The position numbers and the translations under genes were made by a program. Positions 57,252 through 62,277 of a DNA stretch of 62,277 nucleotides are shown in pieces. The stretch is from Candidatus Uhrbacteria bacterium (GTDB lineage Bacteria > Patescibacteriota > Patescibacteriia > UBA9934): contig CALRHV010000004.1 of the NCBI GenBank assembly GCA_943359525.1, positions 1 to 62,277 on the forward strand, read 5' to 3'. Positions within the stretch are counted from its first letter, which is position 1; each line of letters starts with the position of its first letter. The notes under the pieces are model-generated. The model saw only the letters and a program-made list of their open reading frames with translations. It ran no database searches and was not told the origin of the DNA.

Positions 57252-58131
57252 GGAATTTCATAAGATTGTTTTTGATTGGTTCAGGGTTCATCGGCGCGAC
57301 CTTCCTTGGCGGAGAACCACCGATCCGTACGCTATTGCACTTTCCGAGATCATGCTCCAGCAAACACAAGTCGATCGCGTTATTCCAAAATGGCGTGCAT
57401 TTCTTTTGGCGTTTCCCACGTGGAGTGATCTTGCGAGTGCATCCACGGCGGATGTGATCCGATTGTGGCAGGGGCTTGGCTACAACCGTCGTGCCGTTAT
57501 GCTTCATCGATTAGCGAAGGCCGTGATCGATCTCGGCAGGGAGCTTCCCGATGATATCGATGCAATGAAGAAGCTTCCTGGTATTGGCGACTACACCGCG
57601 AACGCAATCGCAGCCTTTGCATTTCGCAATCCCGACGCTGCACCAGTCGATACAAATATTTCGAGAATCTTCCGTCGCGTATTTCCTCGTCATCGATCTG
57701 ACCCGAAGTCGATGCAGCGACTAGCTCGATCGATCCGTCCAGCCGATGTCTGGACGTGGAATCACGCACTCATGGACATCGGAGCGCTTCACTGCTCGGC
57801 GCGAGGTCATGTTTGGGGTTTATGTCCGTTGGCTCCTCTTCATGGATCGAAAGAGCCTAAGATATCTCTCCACCCATTTATGGGGGGAGTCGGAGGGGGG
57901 CTTGTACGTGCGAAGAAGGCGATCAAATTCGAATCCACCGATCGCTACTTCCGCGGCCGAATCGTCGATGCCCTCCGCGAATCGCCGATGATGCTGAAGA
58001 AACTTCGTCTCCGATCGGAGCTTGCGGGCCTCGAAGAAGCTCGATTTCAGACCTTGATTTCGAAGCTTGTGCATGGCGGTGTCGTCGAACAGTACAAAAG
58101 TACGGTATTCTTGGCGGGTGATCGGGACTGA
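57178..58131 (+). CDS. mutY: A/G-specific adenine glycosylase (MutY-like HhH-GPD), degenerate Fe-S motif
   Basis: RRDLPWRR, SEIMLQQTQV, GLGYNRRA, LPGIGDYTA, PVDTNISR, ALMDIGA; start uncertain. Confidence 0.85.
   Translation: MTNQKTSNSARKAKASKTSTTGRIEEFHKIVFDWFRVHRRDLPWRRTTDPYAIALSEIMLQQTQVDRVIPKWRAFLLAFPTWSDLASASTADVIRLWQGLGYNRRAVMLHRLAKAVIDLGRELPDDIDAMKKLPGIGDYTANAIAAFAFRNPDAAPVDTNISRIFRRVFPRHRSDPKSMQRLARSIRPADVWTWNHALMDIGALHCSARGHVWGLCPLAPLHGSKEPKISLHPFMGGVGGGLVRAKKAIKFESTDRYFRGRIVDALRESPMMLKKLRLRSELAGLEEARFQTLISKLVHGGVVEQYKSTVFLAGDRD
57861..57900 (+). repeat. REP-like repeat family D inserted in-frame in mutY
   Basis: GATATCTCTCCACCCATTTATGGGGGGAGTCGGAGGGGGG; encodes ISLHPFMGGVGGG. Confidence 0.75.
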
Positions 58132-58139
58132 AATGGAGC

Positions 58140-58370
58140 GGAATCTTGGATGGGGTTGGGAGGGGCGCTGAAGGAAGATTATCGGCGAGGGTGGGGTGCT
58201 CGTTTGCCCAATCTCCGAGTGTAAAGAGGACTTTACATATCAACGTGCGCTTTTACTGGGGTTTTCGATCAGAAAAGTGTAAAGAGGTCTTTACACTCTC
58301 AAAACGTAAAAACACACGCGGTGCCGAAGCATTCTCTCCGTCCCAACCCATTCAAAGGATCAGTTTCAGT
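58140..58370. repeat. Inverted copy of the 41475 structured element
   Basis: Core 58217-58298; outer IR TTGGATGGGGTTGGGA / TCCCAACCCATTCAA; GGGGTGCTCGTTT at 58193. Confidence 0.85.
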
Positions 58371-58393
58371 TCAAAGATTATTATTTCTCTTTT

Positions 58394-58681
58394 ATGTCCC
58401 TTCTCGAATTCTACGGTGACACGTGCCCACATTGCGTTGAAATGAAGCCGATGGTTGAGAAAGTTGAAAAGGATCTTGGAATTTCGATTGAGAAGCTTGA
58501 GGTGTGGAACAACGAGGCAAATGCGAAGCGCATGGAAGAGATCGACAAAGGCTTGTGTGGCGGCGTGCCATTTTTCTATAACACGGAAACAAAAGGATTC
58601 ATTTGTGGTTCCAGCGACGAAGCAGCGGTGACTGCGTGGGCAAAAGGTAAAAAGGCAAACGGAATTGGTGAGGGAAAATAA
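58394..58681 (+). CDS. Thioredoxin/glutaredoxin-like protein
   Basis: EFYGDTCPHC (CxxC), GVPFF. Confidence 0.85.
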   Translation: MSLLEFYGDTCPHCVEMKPMVEKVEKDLGISIEKLEVWNNEANAKRMEEIDKGLCGGVPFFYNTETKGFICGSSDEAAVTAWAKGKKANGIGEGK

Positions 58682-58685
58682 ACTT

Positions 58686-58767
58686 CAGTCATTGCGAGGA
58701 GGGTAATCCCGACGCGGCAATCTTGGTGAACCTAGATTGCTTCGGCCGATTACAGCCTCGCAAAGAC
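58686..58767. repeat. Inverted doublet of REP family C
   Basis: GTCATTGCGAGGAGGGTAATCCCGACGCGGCAATCT ... AGATTGCTTCGGCCGATTACAGCCTCGCAAAGAC. Confidence 0.85.
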
Positions 58768-58776
58768 GCAGTCCTT

Positions 58777-59055
58777 ATGAGATTAATTATTCTCATCATG
58801 ATGCTTGCTCTTGTCGGCGCTGGATGCACCGAGGGCTTTGCGTCGTCGATGCAAAACACCACGAACACTATAAAAACAAAAGCCGCGGAGATTTCCGCGA
58901 CCTTTGCGAAGGCGAAAGCCGTGTACGATATTTTGTATCCGACTACTCCATCCGTTCCACCCACCGCGGATCAACCGCAACCTGTAACTGTAGAAAATAC
59001 TTCTTCCCCGTCACCGTCTCCAGTTCCCGACGCGTCGACTGTCCAATCTCCTTAA
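58777..59055 (+). CDS. Small putative lipoprotein with P/S/T-rich tail
   Basis: MRLIILIMMLALVGAGC lipobox-like leader; 3' end overlaps era on the opposite strand. Confidence 0.6.
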   Translation: MRLIILIMMLALVGAGCTEGFASSMQNTTNTIKTKAAEISATFAKAKAVYDILYPTTPSVPPTADQPQPVTVENTSSPSPSPVPDASTVQSP

Positions 59056-59797
59056 TGCCTCGTCCGCCAGCGCCGATGATCATCGGCTTGTAGCGTTCAG
59101 AGTGTGTGTAGATCGTCGCATCAACGAATACGGTGCCGTTGTCTTGAATGTCGATGCTGTTTACCTCAACGTGGGTTGAGTACGGCACTTCCTCGCGCAA
59201 ACGGAGGAAAAGCTTTTCGCGAATCAATTCCGCGAGCCATTCTTCGTTCCCCATGCTGGTAAGCTGGAATTCTGGATAGAGGAACTCGCCCTCTGGCATT
59301 TGCTCCCAAATCCATTTCTCGATGAGATCAGTGTTCTTCGACGTCATAGCCGACACTTCCACGTACGCACTGAACTTTGAACCAAGGTCGCGGTAGTAAT
59401 CGATGAAATTCTTGGACGATGGATCGTCGATCTTGTTGATGACGAGCAACTTTGGAATCGTGATTTTTTCCACGAGACGGAACGCTTGCTTCTCCTCATC
59501 CCCAATCGGGCGCGTAGGATCGACAACGTACATCACAGCATTCACGCCGCGCAACGAATCCTTGGCGTACGCATTGAGCTTATTCGTCAGCGTATCCCGA
59601 GCCTTCTGCATGATTCCCGGGGTGTCCACGAAAACAACTTGGCCCTCCTCGCGAGTGATAATTCCTTGAATTGGCCGACGAGTCGTTTGCGGCTTTGGTG
59701 TGGTAATTGCAACCTTCGTCCCAACCATCGTGTTAATTAACGTGGATTTTCCTACATTCGAACGTCCCACAATCGCAACCATTCCAGACTTTTTCAT
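58943..59797 (-). CDS. era: GTPase Era
   Basis: GRSNVGKSTL, KPQTTR, DTPG, NKID, REKLFLRLREEVPYS, IIGAGGRGIKEIG. Confidence 0.96.
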   Translation of the reverse strand: MKKSGMVAIVGRSNVGKSTLINTMVGTKVAITTPKPQTTRRPIQGIITREEGQVVFVDTPGIMQKARDTLTNKLNAYAKDSLRGVNAVMYVVDPTRPIGDEEKQAFRLVEKITIPKLLVINKIDDPSSKNFIDYYRDLGSKFSAYVEVSAMTSKNTDLIEKWIWEQMPEGEFLYPEFQLTSMGNEEWLAELIREKLFLRLREEVPYSTHVEVNSIDIQDNGTVFVDATIYTHSERYKPMIIGAGGRGIKEIGQSTRRELETVTGKKYFLQLQVAVDPRWVERME

Positions 59798-59825
59798 AGG
59801 TGATCCCTCGCTATCGATCCTTTTT

Positions 59826-59902
59826 CGTCATTGCGAGGCTGTAATCGGCCGCGCAATCTAGGCCTAGATTGCCGCGTTGGGATTACCCTCCTCGCAATGA
59901 CG
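59826..59902. repeat. Inverted doublet of REP family C, reverse complement of 58686-58767
   Basis: CGTCATTGCGAGGCTGTAATCGGCCGCGCAATCT ... AGATTGCCGCGTTGGGATTACCCTCCTCGCAATGACG. Confidence 0.88.
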
Positions 59903-59986
59903 GAAGGAACGAACCGCGAGAACAAATAATTATTCACCAAGATTAGCGGAAAAAGAGGGTTTAGTCAATAATGTTATTATACGTTC

Positions 59987-62277
59987 ATGGCGAAGCGGAC
60001 GTTGGATATTCCGAGCGTTGGTACTGTCGACGAGACTGCGGCGGAGTTTTTGCGTGCGCAGGAAGTGCGGCGTCCTTTGGACATCGAAGAGCTGCAACAG
60101 GCGACGACTTCGGCGAACGACGATATTGAACGTGTGTTGTTTCATCGGGATCGTTGGCGTGGAATGAAGGAGGGAGATGCTGAGGAATCATCTGAACCGG
60201 AAGGATTGTATGACGAATGGGTTGATGTGATGCTCGACTTGGAAGACGCGTTCATCGATGAAAACGATGGCGCGCTTGGCAAACGTGTTATTGCGCTTCT
60301 CGCGCTCGATCCTGCTGCATTCGCAAAATGCGCCGAAGAGGCGCTATTCATCGTTCAGCAGACAACCCCGATGGCGCTGCGCGTATATCCATTTACGCAT
60401 CGGCTTGTGGACATCGGCGTCGCTCACGATCGCACCGGTGTCGTGGAACGATTGTCGAGTGGAGATTTAGTGAAACAGGAAAAGGTTCATAACGTCTCGG
60501 TGACGCCGCGTCGCAGAACCATCATCGGGCTGCTTCGCGATTTGGACGCTCGATTATCAGCTGAACAACAGACTGATATTTGGTCGCTCGAAGTCGCGCC
60601 AGAGCTTCCGGCTACTGCGGTGATTTCTGACCCGTTTCAATCCGGGGATGAAAATCTTTCCGCGTACTGGCGACAGAGAATTTCTGCGGCGCACGAAATG
60701 TACGGTGGGGAAGTAACGATTCTTTCGTTGAGTGGTGAGAAAACCACGGCAGCGATGTACGAGCTCGAGAATATCGCCGAAAGCGCTGGGGACGACGTAC
60801 TTAAAAAGGCTGCACGATCGATCGCGACGTGGCTCGAAGGAAAGCAGATGTATTACACGGATCCCGATCCCCGTGACTTCGAGCTCTACCATCTAGGCAT
60901 GGAGGATCCGCAGCAGCTCATGGAAATAATGCGATCGCTCGACGTCATTAAGCATCTTGATCCGGAATTATTCTTCGAGTTGATCGGCATCGATCCTTCT
61001 CAAGGCGGACGAAGCCTGTATTTTGGATCGTTTTTGCACAAAGCGCTCTACAACACGCAACGTACCATCGACCAGGCTAGCCCAGAGATCGGAACGATGG
61101 CGATTCAGACGATGATGAGTCAACTCCTCACGCTCGACGAACGAGTCCAGACCTACTCCGCGGTCGTCTCTCAAGAATCGTTAAAAGCGATGGCGGGGGA
61201 GATGAAGAAATCGGTCGATTCATCGGCGACCCCGCAGTCCAAAGCACAAGCACTCATGATGATGGCGGTCCCATTTTCCCGCATGGCCATCGATGCCGAA
61301 GTGCGCCGTCAGCATGAAGCAATGCGCGAAGCGAGTCCGGAGAACATCGTAGAGGAACTTCGCCGACGGATTGATGACATCGAACATCCGTTGAAGCTAG
61401 CGGACTATTTGAAGGGAATCCCAAAACACGCAACAGACAACGTGGCAGTTCGCCGCGAGCTCCGAAAAATACTTTCTGAAGAGCAGATCGATAGTGGCGC
61501 GTTTCGAAGGATCACGAACTTTGAGTATGGCGAATATGGCATAAAGCGATATAAATTCGATTTACCCAGCATTCTTCCAGAACTCTATAATCGCATTCCA
61601 CTCATCGATGAGACGAGAGACGATCTAGGATTTGCATTGCGCATTCGTGTTGCAATTCGCGACGCGGTTTCGCTCGCGGATTCTATAGATGAGCTTCGAG
61701 TTGTATCTCATTCAGAAAAAACACGCGCTCGACAGTTCTTGAAATTCATCATGCCTGATAATTTGTATCGGGAAGACTTTGAGGCAGTAAAGGATCAGTT
61801 GAGGTTTTGGGAAATACGAACCGCAGAAAGGTTTAATTATGCGTTGCGGTCTCATGAAGAAAGTGTTAGTGGCGCTGTGATGTCAACAGGATTTTATATA
61901 GGATCAGCTTGGAGTAAAGAGGATAAGGCGTTCTTTCTTGGGCAAGCGTTTGTGGGATGGGGAAACAGTGCTCGTGATCGAGGATATGATTATCCTGGTG
62001 AACTTTTGGAAAGAGCGAAAGAGTACCGACCCGATCTCGTTTTCCTATCCATCATTGCCCACCCCCAAGGAAAAGAAATCGCATTCAAATATTTCGACAA
62101 GTTTTGCGAGATAATCCCGGCGGAGCGGATAGTGGAGATGTTGAAATTGAATGCGGGAAAGGTAAGGGAATTTCTCAGTTTGTTTAACAGGATCCCTTCG
62201 GATGCCTCAAGAACGTATTTGGAACACTTGAAAAAAGAACTGGATATTAAGTCTACGGATTCTGATTCGTACGTTCC
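59987..62277 (+). CDS. Large hypothetical helical protein (>760 aa, 3' truncated; not in the ORF track)
   Basis: MAKRTLDIPSVG... frame read open in all stretches checked up to the window end; TGTTATTAT 6 nt before ATG. Confidence 0.75.
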   Translation, partial: MAKRTLDIPSVGTVDETAAEFLRAQEVRRPLDIEELQQATTSANDDIERVLFHRDRWRGMKEGDAEESSEPEGLYDEWVDVMLDLEDAFIDENDGALGKRVIALLALDPAAFAKCAEEALFIVQQTTPMALRVYPFTHRLVDIGVAHDRTGVVERLSSGDLVKQEKVHNVSVTPRRRTIIGLLRDLDARLSAEQQTDIWSLEVAPELPATAVISDPFQSGDENLSAYWRQRISAAHEMYGGEVTILSLSGEKTTAAMYELENIAESAGDDVLKKAARSIATWLEGKQMYYTDPDPRDFELYHLGMEDPQQLMEIMRSLDVIKHLDPELFFELIGIDPSQGGRSLYFGSFLHKALYNTQRTIDQASPEIGTMAIQTMMSQLLTLDERVQTYSAVVSQESLKAMAGEMKKSVDSSATPQSKAQALMMMAVPFSRMAIDAEVRRQHEAMREASPENIVEELRRRIDDIEHPLKLADYLKGIPKHATDNVAVRRELRKILSEEQIDSGAFRRITNFEYGEYGIKRYKFDLPSILPELYNRIPLIDETRDDLGFALRIRVAIRDAVSLADSIDELRVVSHSEKTRARQFLKFIMPDNLYREDFEAVKDQLRFWEIRTAERFNYALRSHEESVSGAVMSTGFYIGSAWSKEDKAFFLGQAFVGWGNSARDRGYDYPGELLERAKEYRPDLVFLSIIAHPQGKEIAFKYFDKFCEIIPAERIVEMLKLNAGKVREFLSLFNRIPSDASRTYLEHLKKELDIKSTDSDSYV

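Noticed and set aside
320-61174. Numerous short ORF-track entries antisense or out of frame to the called genes
   Set aside because: Shadow ORFs typical of moderately GC-rich coding DNA, with no motifs or independent starts.

Overview
A 62-kb bacterial chromosome segment in the standard genetic code. It is gene-dense and mostly lacks Shine-Dalgarno motifs, in the style of Patescibacteria/CPR. Parcubacteria, plausibly Ca. Uhrbacteria-like, is an inference from gene style: a DUF87/TraD-type ATPase pair, a shortened HrcA, an LVGAGC-type lipoprotein leader and a MurF-type ligase. Core genes include uvrD/pcrA, malic enzyme, ugd, tgt, secDF, uppP, nrdJ+cobO, ftsI, murF, tsaC, glmS, hrcA-grpE-dnaK-dnaJ (with CIRCE), dnaX, rimK, dusB, a mutY-like gene, era, tRNA-Glu(CTC) and tRNA-Gln(CTG). 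No CRISPR array, rRNA, integrase or transposase was seen. The most unusual signals are: (1) several families of short palindromic REP-like repeats, some inserted in-frame into GrpE, DnaK, FtsI and MutY, plus a family of 200-250 bp structured elements that nest them and show compensatory changes; (2) a 99-bp duplication of the glmS 3' end, almost wholly synonymous, bracketing a self-contained one-gene cassette; (3) a flavoprotein cluster with a PUFA-isomerase (PAI)-like and a RetSat-like enzyme plus a stand-alone riboflavin kinase; (4) SecD with two internal parvulin PPIase-like domains; (5) a TGT lacking all four Zn ligands and a MutY with a degenerate Fe-S motif; (6) an unannotated Cys-rich microprotein in the dnaK operon. 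All functional calls come from motif recognition by eye, with no database searches. Many start codons were moved downstream of the ORF-track starts.
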